DNA of 64,000 nucleotides from Rickettsiales bacterium (GTDB taxonomy: Bacteria; Pseudomonadota; Alphaproteobacteria; Rickettsiales; UBA1997): assembly GCA_049418765.1 (NCBI GenBank), contig JBMSJJ010000007.1, forward strand, positions 9,602 to 73,601, given 5' to 3'. The notes under the pieces were generated by a model that had not been told where the DNA came from, ran no database searches, and worked only from the letters and a program-made list of their open reading frames with translations. A program made the position numbers and the translations under genes. Shown piece by piece: positions 30,793-39,767 of this stretch; within the stretch, counting starts at the first letter, position 1, and the number at the start of each line of letters is the position of its first letter.

Positions 30793-31582
30793 TTATATTG
30801 TTGATACCCATTGCCACCTTGATTTAATTGAGCAAAAAAATATTCCTTTTGTAAAAATTTTTGAGGATTGTCAAAAAAATAATGTCAAAATTTTACAAAC
30901 TATTTGCACAAAATTTAGTAATTTTGAAAAAATCATAGCCTATAGTTCTTTGCATCAAAATATTTATTGCTCGACAGGACTACATCCATGCTATGTAAGT
31001 CTTGATGAATTTAAGAAAGCTGAAGAAATTATTAAAATTTGTCAAAGTAATGATAAGATTATTGGTATTGGCGAAACGGGTCTTGATTATTTTCATGATC
31101 AAAGCAATATTGATTTGCAAAAAAAATCTTTTGAGGAGCATATTATTGCGAGTTGTCAGACTAAACTTCCAACTATAATTCACTCCAGAAATTGTGATAA
31201 TGATATGATTGAAATGCTTAGTTATTTTAAGAAACAGGCAGATTTTCCAGCAATTTTACATTGTTTTTCTAGCACAAAGGAATTGGCTTATAAAGCTCTT
31301 GATCTGGGTTTGTTAATATCGATTGCGGGTATTGTAACTTTCAAAAATGCCAAGGAATTGCAAGAGATTGTAAAAAATATTCCGTTAGAATTTTTATTAG
31401 TAGAGACCGACTCGCCATATTTGGCGCCAGAGCCAAATCGTGGAGCAATTAACCACCCTGCTTTAATTGTCGATAGCGTAAATTTTATGGCTAAATTAAA
31501 AAATATTTCCAGCGAAACCTTAATTGCCAAAACTACCGAAAACTTTCACCGCTTTTTCACTAGAGCCAAAATTGCTAGCTAA
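30785..31582 (+). CDS. tatD: TatD-family metal-dependent hydrolase
   Basis: DTHCHLD, GETGLDY, IHSR and VETDSPYL. Confidence 0.9.
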   Translation: MYNYIVDTHCHLDLIEQKNIPFVKIFEDCQKNNVKILQTICTKFSNFEKIIAYSSLHQNIYCSTGLHPCYVSLDEFKKAEEIIKICQSNDKIIGIGETGLDYFHDQSNIDLQKKSFEEHIIASCQTKLPTIIHSRNCDNDMIEMLSYFKKQADFPAILHCFSSTKELAYKALDLGLLISIAGIVTFKNAKELQEIVKNIPLEFLLVETDSPYLAPEPNRGAINHPALIVDSVNFMAKLKNISSETLIAKTTENFHRFFTRAKIAS

Positions 31583-31742
31583 ATATTTAAGAGTTTTTAA
31601 TTTCTGTAATTTTTTCAAATTCCAGCTTTATTTTATGCAAAGAAACCTTGTATAAAGAGCAAAAAATTATGTTTTAAATTTTTTAAAGATTGGGGGGGTA
31701 AAGATTGTTTTTATTGAAAAAACGGTTTAATTGTGATGACAT

Positions 31743-31780
31743 TCTCAACATCATTTCTATAAGAAGAAACGATGTTGAGA
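31743..31780 (-). terminator. Possible hairpin terminator downstream of metE
   Basis: TCTCAACATC (31743-31752) pairs perfectly with GATGTTGAGA (31771-31780), 11 nt past the metE stop. No tight U-run follows, so this is uncertain. Confidence 0.4.
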
Positions 31781-31791
31781 GATTATATTGA

Positions 31792-34098
31792 TTAATTGGC
31801 AAAAATTTTCTCGCGCATTTTTTTGGTGGTGTCAACCATAGCTTTTAGTGCAAGTTTGGTTTCTGGCCAATCGCGAGTTTTTAATCCGCAATCAGGGTTC
31901 ACCCAAATTTGCTCAGGTGATAAAACCTTTAAAGCCTTATCCAATAAATGTTCAATTTCGTCATTAGCTGGAACTCTAGGCGAGTGAATGTCATAAACAC
32001 CCGGTCCAATTTCATTTGGATATTTGAAATTAACGAAGGCGTTAAGTAATTCCATCTTCGATCTAGAAGTTTCAATAGAAATAACATCGGCATCCATATC
32101 GGCAATTGCAGTGATTATATCATTAAATTCAGAATAGCACATGTGAGTGTGAATTTGAGTATGATCTTTTGCAATTGAAGCGGTAATTCTAAAAGCCTCA
32201 ACTGCCCATTTCAAATATTCATCCCAATTATTTCTGCGGATTGGCAAGCCTTCGCGAAGAGCAGCCTCGTCAATTTGAATAATTTTGATACCTGCTTTTT
32301 CTAAATCTTCAACTTCATCGCGGATGGCAAAAGCAATTTGAATTGCAGTGTCTTTGCGCGGCTGATCATCGCGAACAAATGACCATTGTAAAATAGTGAT
32401 TGGACCAGTAAGCATTCCTTTCATGATTTTGGTAGTTAGGCTTTGTGCATATTTTGCCCACTCAACAGTCATAGCTTTTGGACGAGAAACATCGCCAAAA
32501 ATGACAGGAGGTTTTACGCATCTAGAGCCATAGCTTTGCACCCAGCCATTTTTGGTAAAGCAAAATCCACTAAGCTGTTCGCCAAAATACTCGACCATAT
32601 CATTTCTTTCAAATTCGCCGTGAACCAAAACATCAATTCCAATTTCCTCTTGGATTTTAACGGTTTTGGCAGTTTCAGCTTTAATGAAATCTTCATATTG
32701 ATTTAAAGTGATTTGACCAGCTTTAAAATCTGCTCTGGCTTTGCGAACCTCTTTGGTTTGGGGGAATGAGCCAATAGTTGTGGTTGGAAGTAGTGGTAAA
32801 TTTAAGGCCTTTTGGGCTTTTCTTCTTTCAAAAAATCCGCTATCGCGATTCAATAAAGAATCATCGATTTTTTTTGTGCGATTTTTCACTTCTTGATTAT
32901 GAATTTTGCTAGAAACTTTGCGGTTGGCAATAGCTTTTTTATTTGCTTCAAAAAGATTTTTTACGACGGATTCATTACCATCAACAATTTTGGCAATGGC
33001 CACAATTTCTTGAATTTTTTGTGTAGCAAAAGCTAGCCAAGATTTAATTTCAGTGTCAAGATTGGTTTCATTATCAAGGTCAACGGGAACATGTAAAAGC
33101 TGGCAAGAAGGAGCGATGATTACTCGGTTAGAACCTAATTTAGCAACCGCTTTTTTTGCAATTTCCACTGAATTTTCAAGATTATTGATCCAGATATTTC
33201 TGCCATCAACCAAACCCAAAGATAAGGATTGATTAGCCTTGATGCTATCAAGAGCTTTTTGAAATTGTGAAGAACCTCTAACCAAATCAATATGAACGGA
33301 GTCGCAATCAAGTTCAAAAGCCAATTCTAAATTATCAGCCAATGACTCAAAATAGGTAGCTAAATGTAATTTGATATTGCCAGCAAATTTTTTGATTTGC
33401 GGATATGAATGTAAATAAGTTTGAATAGCCTTTTTGGATAAATCAGTCACTAAAAATGGCTCATCAATTTGTAAATCTTTGACTCCAATTTCGTTAAGTT
33501 TAGCAAAAAGTTCTTGATAGGCTGGCAATAAATTATTAATCAAATCAAGAGGATCGCTACCATCAAGTGATTTACCAAGTAGTAAAAAGGAAACTGGCCC
33601 AATGATAACTGGACGGGTTTCAACCCCAATTTTTTTGGCTTCAAGATAATCTTCAAATATTTTTTGTGAAGAAATTTTAAATTTTTGGTTTGCTGAAAAT
33701 TCGGCAACTAAATAATGGTAGTTGGTATCAAACCATTTAGTCATTTCCATTGCAGTTAAATCAATGCCATTTTTTTGAATGCCACGAGCCATTGCAAATA
33801 ATGTTTCAAGGTTGACTTGATTGCCGAGTTTAAATCCAAGATTTTCGATAAATCTTTGTGGAAGGGCGCCAAATAGTGCGATGTTGTCAAGAATGTGATC
33901 GTAAAAAGAGAAATCGTTAGATGGAACGAAATCAATGCCAGCATTTTTTTGCAAATGCCAATTATTGGCTTTAATTTGCTTGGCAACATTTAATAAATCA
34001 GCTTCGGACGATTGATTTTTCCAAAAACTCTCAACAGCTTTTTTAAGCTCGCGATTTGCTCCAATTCTTGGGAAGCCGAGGGACGCAGTTTTAACCAT
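31792..34098 (-). CDS. metE: Cobalamin-independent methionine synthase
   Basis: 768 aa with a duplicated barrel. N-terminus LGFPRIG..RELK and Zn-site motifs HTHMCYSEF and NPDCGLKTR. Confidence 0.95.
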   Translation of the reverse strand: MVKTASLGFPRIGANRELKKAVESFWKNQSSEADLLNVAKQIKANNWHLQKNAGIDFVPSNDFSFYDHILDNIALFGALPQRFIENLGFKLGNQVNLETLFAMARGIQKNGIDLTAMEMTKWFDTNYHYLVAEFSANQKFKISSQKIFEDYLEAKKIGVETRPVIIGPVSFLLLGKSLDGSDPLDLINNLLPAYQELFAKLNEIGVKDLQIDEPFLVTDLSKKAIQTYLHSYPQIKKFAGNIKLHLATYFESLADNLELAFELDCDSVHIDLVRGSSQFQKALDSIKANQSLSLGLVDGRNIWINNLENSVEIAKKAVAKLGSNRVIIAPSCQLLHVPVDLDNETNLDTEIKSWLAFATQKIQEIVAIAKIVDGNESVVKNLFEANKKAIANRKVSSKIHNQEVKNRTKKIDDSLLNRDSGFFERRKAQKALNLPLLPTTTIGSFPQTKEVRKARADFKAGQITLNQYEDFIKAETAKTVKIQEEIGIDVLVHGEFERNDMVEYFGEQLSGFCFTKNGWVQSYGSRCVKPPVIFGDVSRPKAMTVEWAKYAQSLTTKIMKGMLTGPITILQWSFVRDDQPRKDTAIQIAFAIRDEVEDLEKAGIKIIQIDEAALREGLPIRRNNWDEYLKWAVEAFRITASIAKDHTQIHTHMCYSEFNDIITAIADMDADVISIETSRSKMELLNAFVNFKYPNEIGPGVYDIHSPRVPANDEIEHLLDKALKVLSPEQIWVNPDCGLKTRDWPETKLALKAMVDTTKKMREKIFAN

Positions 34099-34253
34099 AT
34101 TTTATAGATTTTAAAATTATGCAAGGCTTTGCATGAAAGATTTGTAAGAAATTATAAAAAAATATTTACTAAATTATGTAAATAATTTATAATTATCATA
34201 CAAAAAATATATTACGAATTTTTAATTTTAATTGCAAATTTTTTTTATCTCAT

Positions 34254-35255
34254 ATGCATAACACCGACATAGTCATTATTGGAGCTGGTCCAGCGGGTCT
34301 TTTTAGTATTTTTGAAGCGGGAATGTTAAAAATGAAATGCCATGTAATTGACACCCTTGAAAATATTGGTGGTCAGTGTAGCGCTCTTTATCCAGAAAAG
34401 CCAATTTATGATATTCCTGCTCACCCAAAAGTTTTAGCCAGCGAGTTAGTTGAATTATTAGAAGCTCAGGCCAATCCATTTCATCCTGTTTATCACTTAA
34501 ATCAGCAAGTCGAAAAAATAACGCAAAATGATGATAAAACTTTTTTTGTGGAAACTTCAAAAGGAACAAAAATTTTATGTAAAGCCATTATTATTGCGGC
34601 TGGATGTGGGGCATTTGGTCCAAATCGTCCTCCACTTGAAAATATTGAAAATTTTGAAGGAAAATCAATTTTCTACTCAGTTCGAAGTAAAAAAGAATTT
34701 ACCGATAAAAAAGTTGTTATTGCTGGCGGTGGCGATTCTGCGGTTGATTGGGCGATTTCACTTTCGGAAATTGCTAAGAAAATTTATTTGGTTCATCGTC
34801 GTGATAAATTTCGTTGTGCTCCAGAAAGTTCAAGAAAAATTAAAGAATTAGCTGATGCAGGAAAAATTGAAATGGTAGTGCCATATCAACTCGAAGGCTT
34901 AGCTGGTGAAAATGATATTTTGCAAAAAGTTTTGGTTAAAGATTTTGATAATAATATCAAAGAATTGGAAGCTGATTATTTACTACCATTTTTTGGATTG
35001 GCTATGGAGCTTGGGCCGATTCTTGATTGGGGTTTAAATTTACATAAAAATCATATCGAAGTAAATCAGTCAAATATGCGCACTAACATTACTGGGATTT
35101 ATGCGGTTGGCGATATTGCAACTTACCCAAATAAACTAAAACTAATTTTAACAGGCTTTGCTGAATGCGCCAGTGCCTGTCATGACATTTTTAAATTAAT
35201 TTTCCCAGATCAAGTTTATCACTTTGAATATTCAACATCAAAAGGGGTATGCTAA
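34254..35255 (+). CDS. Thioredoxin-reductase-like ferredoxin-NADP+ reductase
   Basis: [36 protein letters not shown] and AVGDIATYP. No CxxC redox pair, consistent with the FNR type. Confidence 0.85.
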   Translation: MHNTDIVIIGAGPAGLFSIFEAGMLKMKCHVIDTLENIGGQCSALYPEKPIYDIPAHPKVLASELVELLEAQANPFHPVYHLNQQVEKITQNDDKTFFVETSKGTKILCKAIIIAAGCGAFGPNRPPLENIENFEGKSIFYSVRSKKEFTDKKVVIAGGGDSAVDWAISLSEIAKKIYLVHRRDKFRCAPESSRKIKELADAGKIEMVVPYQLEGLAGENDILQKVLVKDFDNNIKELEADYLLPFFGLAMELGPILDWGLNLHKNHIEVNQSNMRTNITGIYAVGDIATYPNKLKLILTGFAECASACHDIFKLIFPDQVYHFEYSTSKGVC

Positions 35256-36505
35256 TGTTTTCAAAATTAGAATTTTTAATTGCCTTTCGATATTTAAAAT
35301 CCAAACGCAAAGAGGGGTTCATTTCTGTTATCGCCATTTTTTCTTTTATTGGCATTATGATTGGGGTTGCAACTTTAGTTGTGGTGATGTCGGTGATGAA
35401 TGGCTTTAGACATGAATTGGTAAGTAGAATGCTTGGCATTAACTCTCATCTTACCCTTTATTCAAAGGCGGGCGGTATCGAAAATTATGAAGACATAATT
35501 ATAAAATTAAAAAAGATTGATGGCATAAAATATATTAATCCAATCATTGAAAGCCAAGCAATGATTTCAACGGGCTCAAAAAATAATGGTGGTTTAGTTA
35601 GAGGGATAAGTGCAAATGATTTGGAATATAAAAAATTAATTTCTGAAAATATCATTGATGGCGATTTAAATAAAATTAATCAAAAAGATTATGTTGCCAT
35701 TGGCTCTTCACTTGCTCAAGCGCTTAATCTTAGGAGCGAAGATAAATTTAAAATTATTTCCGCGGAAACCAATAATACTATAATTGGGGCAATACCTAGA
35801 ATCAAAACTTACAAGGTTGGCGCAGTTTTTTCAAGTGGGCTTTATGAATATGACTCAACTACAGTTTTTATGAATTTTGAAATGGCGCAAATCCATTTTC
35901 GCCAAAGAAATTCGGCAAGCGCTATTGAGATTTTTTTAAATGACATCCATAAAATCGAAAGTATTAAAAAAACTATTTTTCAAGAAGCTTTGGCTGACGA
36001 AAATATTTATTTATCGGATTGGCAATCGTCAAATTCTGGCTTCATTGAAGCTTTAAAAGTAGAAAGAACGGTGATGTTTTTTATTCTTACATTAATTATT
36101 TTGGTGGCGGTGTTTAATATTATTTCAAGTATGATTATGCTGGTTAATGACAAAAATAAAAACATCGCTTTGCTTCGAACCATCGGCATGACTAAATATG
36201 CAATTTTGCGAATATTTTTGATTTGCGGTTCGTCAATTGGAATTTTTGGAACTTTTTTAGGGCTTGTTATTGGCATTTCTTTTGCTAACAATATCAATAA
36301 TATCAAGATTTGGTTGGAATCTTTTACCAATACTGATTTATTTAATCCTGCGATTTATTTTTTATCGACTCTGCCTTCAAAAATTTTTATTTCAGATGTA
36401 GTTTTGATTTCGGCGATGACTTTAAGCTTATCGTTTTTAGCCACCCTATATCCTGCTTACAAGGCCAGCAAATCCAATCCAAGCGATATTTTAAGATATG
36501 AATAA
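35249..36505 (+). CDS. lolC: Lipoprotein-releasing system permease LolC/E
   Basis: [14 protein letters not shown], a large periplasmic loop, a C-terminal FtsX-type domain (LRTIGMTK...) and [17 protein letters not shown]. Confidence 0.85.
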   Translation: MLMFSKLEFLIAFRYLKSKRKEGFISVIAIFSFIGIMIGVATLVVVMSVMNGFRHELVSRMLGINSHLTLYSKAGGIENYEDIIIKLKKIDGIKYINPIIESQAMISTGSKNNGGLVRGISANDLEYKKLISENIIDGDLNKINQKDYVAIGSSLAQALNLRSEDKFKIISAETNNTIIGAIPRIKTYKVGAVFSSGLYEYDSTTVFMNFEMAQIHFRQRNSASAIEIFLNDIHKIESIKKTIFQEALADENIYLSDWQSSNSGFIEALKVERTVMFFILTLIILVAVFNIISSMIMLVNDKNKNIALLRTIGMTKYAILRIFLICGSSIGIFGTFLGLVIGISFANNINNIKIWLESFTNTDLFNPAIYFLSTLPSKIFISDVVLISAMTLSLSFLATLYPAYKASKSNPSDILRYE

Positions 36506-36624
36506 TTTAATCAATTTGTAAAAAATATTTACAATTTAATTTTTTAATTGAAAACTTAAAAACAAAAAGAGGTTTTAAATATTTTTTTAAAAGAATTGAT
36601 TTAAGTGAGAGTTGCATAAAGAGC

Positions 36625-36699
36625 TGGTGCTATCAAGTGGAATCGAACCACCGACCTCTTCATTACCAATGAAGTGCTCTACCCCTGAGCTATGATAGC
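36625..36699 (-). tRNA. tRNA-Thr (anticodon GGU), CCA encoded
   Basis: The minus strand reads GCUAUCA UA GCUC AGGGGUA GAGC A CUUCA UUGGUAA UGAAG AGGUC GGUGG UUCGAUU CCACU UGAUAGC A CCA. This folds as a full cloverleaf of 75 nt. Confidence 0.9.
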
Positions 36700-36805
36700 A
36701 AAATAATTTCTAAATATAATTTTAATTATAAAAATTTTAAAAACTAGTTTAATTTATTATTTATTGGGTTTGAATATTTTAGGCAATAGGTCAGTAAGAT
36801 AATTA

Positions 36806-39763
36806 TTATTTATCGCCTGATTGCGAAGAGTCGCCTCCACCACCACTGTCACCACCACCTCCACCACCACCGTCACCACCACCGTCACCACCACCACCTT
36901 CGCCACCGCTCGATTCACCCTCATTGCCAGCGCTGTCTTTTTTGCCCCCCTTGCCATCTTTCAAGAATTTTTTACCCATACCCTTTGCCTGAATTTGAGT
37001 AAATCGAGCCAATCTTTTTTGTGTACTTTTTAAAGCCTCATTTAATTTTTTCATCATTTCAAGATAATTAAATGATTTAACATCAATATTTTCTCCAATC
37101 AAATTCGTAGTAATATCAGGAATTTGATCCATCATTTGTGCTAGTGCAAATAAGAATACCGCAGTTTTAATAATTAAAATTAATTTTACATTCAAATCTT
37201 CATTAAACAAAGCCTTAACGCCAACCAAACCTACGCCAAAAATTGCAAATGTTGAATTTTTATCAAAATCATTAAATCCTAAAATGCAAGCTGGGGTTGA
37301 ATTTAGCGGATCGTACATTTCTTTTCTGAGATTTTTACAGGCTTGACTACTAAATAGAGCATTGCCATTTTCGTCAAGACAATGTTTTTCACATATTAAC
37401 CTTCCATCTTTATAAACAGCTTTGTCAAACATCACATACTCGCTTAAAGAAATGAAAATTGCGATATAGGAAAATAAAATAATTGGCTGAAGTGAAAATG
37501 AGGTTAAATGATTTAACCAAGTATCAAAAACAGATTTGGTTCTTTCAAATAATAATAATGGAATAATAATGGGCGAAACAAATACATAAATTATTATAGC
37601 AATACAGCTAGCAATAAAAATATGCATTGCCCTTATAACCACTGAAATAAGGCATACAGCAAGGACTAAAATTGCGGTAAAAAATACGATTCCAATTCCT
37701 CCCGTAAAGAAAAAGGCAACAATTAACATCATTATTGTTGAACTTGAAAGCCCTGGACCAAAATTTAGATATTGCATAATTTTACAATCTAAAGTATCCC
37801 AAATCATTAAATATTTGGCATCAGCTGGATAAGAAACATTTGTTGCAGGAATTAAATTTCCGCTAGAGTTATATAATGCGCCAAAATTACATTTTTCATT
37901 GGTTTGATCTTTTGGTTTAATCTTAAAAAATATCTTCGATATCTCTGCTGAGCCACTATATAGACCATCAAAAAATACATCTCGCCATGCGGTGCCATTT
38001 ACAAAATATATCACTATGGCAATTTTAATTAAATAAACCAAAATTTCTTTTTTGTTTTGAATATCCACATTCATCATCAAAATCTTTACCCCAAAAAAAG
38101 TTATTGAAATAATCAAAACACCGCTAATTACAGTTTTTAACCTAGATTGCAAAATTTCAAAATGCGATTTATTATTTACCTTATTTCCTTTTTTAAAAGC
38201 TCTGCCATTAATGGTCATATAGCTATCACCAACGCATATATGGTTTTTGTTGCCATAGCTTCCATCCAAACATCTAGAGTGGCCCGCTCGATTGTAAAAA
38301 ACATTTTCCATAGTCTCTTTAATGCATTGCACAATAGGTGCGGAGAAATGATTTTGAGAAGAGATATAATCAGTTCCATCAAGGGAAACGCCCGTGCCTA
38401 TACCATTTTGTGAATTGCCAATAAAATCAATACAGGCTCTAGAATAATAGGCCGATAAAGTGCTATAATCAAAACTATAAGTTGAGTTATCTACTGCGGT
38501 GCAGTGGGTGTAATATTGGCAATAATTTTTAATTTTTCCAGCGCTTGATTTAAAGCTTGTATCTGAATTTCTAATATCTGATTTACAGCCATTGCCCTCT
38601 GGATCGGTTTTACAATCATCCTTACCTGGATTGAAGGGAATAAATTTTCCATCTTTAAAAACCCCATCTTTTTCATATTCTGGAAACGGTGTTCCTCCTC
38701 CAACTGAAAAATTAAATGGGCAAAAACTTGCAGATTTAGCGCATATCAATCTTCTATTATCTCGATAAAAAGCTTCAAAAACCGAAGTTTGATTGCTTCT
38801 AAAATTGCATTTAGTGCCAGCTTTGCAAAAAACCACATCATTTGAGTTAATATTAAGATTTATATGTACATTCAAGGCTTGATTGGTAACCCCAACGGCA
38901 TTTCCTCCGCCATATTTTTCTAAACAAACATATTTTTTTCTTTTTTCAATGCAGCATGTATAAGCTTTTTTATATGCAATTTTTTGCGAATCTTCTTTGT
39001 AGATTGGATTATATTTTTCACAATTGTAGTTTCCTGGTTGCAAGCCTCTTAAATAATATTTTTGGGGTTGACCAGTACTAGGATCGTAGCAAGTTTCATC
39101 TGGATTGTTGGTGTAATCTGAAAATTCTTTACCGCCATAAAAATATTCATTTTGATGATCGAAGAAATTATTTTTAACAATTTCAGCATAACTTCCTTCT
39201 AATTTATCCATTCTTTTTTCAACTGGGTCTGGTTTTAGCCAATCGGATCCACAAACTCTTACTCTATTAAATTCAGCTTTTGCCAATTCATATGGAAAGC
39301 CAAGTGAGGTGAGGGCAGTGGTAACTGATGCCAAGGATCCAAATGCAAACGCTCCCAAACAGGCAGGATTTCCAGGTGCTTTATAGGCTGACATTGCAAG
39401 AATTTTAAAGTCGTCAATTGGATTTGGATGTGGCAATGGTTTACGAACGCCACATGCAGTTGCAACCCCTAAAATGGTAGCTTTTATAACTAAATAATTA
39501 GCCATAACTTCGGTTAAACAAATTGGGTCTCTTAAATTAAAGTCCATTTCGTTGCCAACTCTCAAAATACTTACCCCATTGGACATTACTGGCTCATATA
39601 ATTTTTCAAATTCGAAAGTTCCATTTGCATCGCATGTTCTAACTCTCTCTACTCCATTAACTTTTGTGGCCGCAGAAAATGCATTTTGGGAAATGAAAAA
39701 AAATAAAATAAAATTGACAAGAAAGACTATTTTTAATGGCTGATAAAACTGATAATTTTTCAC
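36806..39763 (-). CDS. virB6: Oversized VirB6/TrbL-family type IV secretion inner-membrane protein (RvhB6-like)
   Basis: GTG start 4 nt after the virB4 stop. N-terminal signal/anchor, a Cys-rich hydrophilic region at residues ~165-540, a multi-pass hydrophobic core at ~544-860 (e.g. TVISGVLIISITFFGVKILMM, MMLIVAFFFTGGIGIVFFTAILVLAV) and a hydrophilic Gly/Asp tail. The size and the position after virB4 match Rickettsiales RvhB6. Confidence 0.75.
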   Translation of the reverse strand: MKNYQFYQPLKIVFLVNFILFFFISQNAFSAATKVNGVERVRTCDANGTFEFEKLYEPVMSNGVSILRVGNEMDFNLRDPICLTEVMANYLVIKATILGVATACGVRKPLPHPNPIDDFKILAMSAYKAPGNPACLGAFAFGSLASVTTALTSLGFPYELAKAEFNRVRVCGSDWLKPDPVEKRMDKLEGSYAEIVKNNFFDHQNEYFYGGKEFSDYTNNPDETCYDPSTGQPQKYYLRGLQPGNYNCEKYNPIYKEDSQKIAYKKAYTCCIEKRKKYVCLEKYGGGNAVGVTNQALNVHINLNINSNDVVFCKAGTKCNFRSNQTSVFEAFYRDNRRLICAKSASFCPFNFSVGGGTPFPEYEKDGVFKDGKFIPFNPGKDDCKTDPEGNGCKSDIRNSDTSFKSSAGKIKNYCQYYTHCTAVDNSTYSFDYSTLSAYYSRACIDFIGNSQNGIGTGVSLDGTDYISSQNHFSAPIVQCIKETMENVFYNRAGHSRCLDGSYGNKNHICVGDSYMTINGRAFKKGNKVNNKSHFEILQSRLKTVISGVLIISITFFGVKILMMNVDIQNKKEILVYLIKIAIVIYFVNGTAWRDVFFDGLYSGSAEISKIFFKIKPKDQTNEKCNFGALYNSSGNLIPATNVSYPADAKYLMIWDTLDCKIMQYLNFGPGLSSSTIMMLIVAFFFTGGIGIVFFTAILVLAVCLISVVIRAMHIFIASCIAIIIYVFVSPIIIPLLLFERTKSVFDTWLNHLTSFSLQPIILFSYIAIFISLSEYVMFDKAVYKDGRLICEKHCLDENGNALFSSQACKNLRKEMYDPLNSTPACILGFNDFDKNSTFAIFGVGLVGVKALFNEDLNVKLILIIKTAVFLFALAQMMDQIPDITTNLIGENIDVKSFNYLEMMKKLNEALKSTQKRLARFTQIQAKGMGKKFLKDGKGGKKDSAGNEGESSGGEGGGGDGGGDGGGGGGGDSGGGGDSSQSGDK
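36834..36910 (-). repeat. GC-rich (GGN)n/GAC triplet tract encoding the Gly/Asp tail of VirB6
   Basis: The plus strand is (ACC)n interrupted by GTC/TCC. It encodes GGEGGGGDGGGDGGGGGGGDSGGGGD and forms a sharp compositional island in AT-rich DNA. Confidence 0.85.
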
Positions 39764-39767
39764 TTTA

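Noticed and set aside
31690-31740. GTTTTTATTGAAAAAACGG resembles the inner part of the IS terminal repeat (GTTTTTGTTTAAAAAACGG), suggesting a possible solo inverted repeat or MITE remnant.
   Set aside because: Only ~19 nt of A/T-rich similarity, and the diagnostic outer TG...CA end is not matched. I cannot distinguish it from chance without a genome-wide repeat search.
36625-36805. tRNA-Thr next to the T4SS genes as a possible genomic-island integration site.
   Set aside because: The vir genes lie on the 5' side of the tRNA. I saw no direct repeat of the tRNA 3' end and no integrase. rvh-type genes are usually ancestral chromosomal genes.
36757-37033. ORFs encoding poly-Val/Thr strings (VVVTVVVTVV and TTTVTTTSTT) opposite the virB6 3' end.
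   Set aside because: They are alternative-frame and opposite-strand readings of the (GGN)n triplet tract. The Gly/Asp reading is continuous with the 985-aa VirB6 frame.
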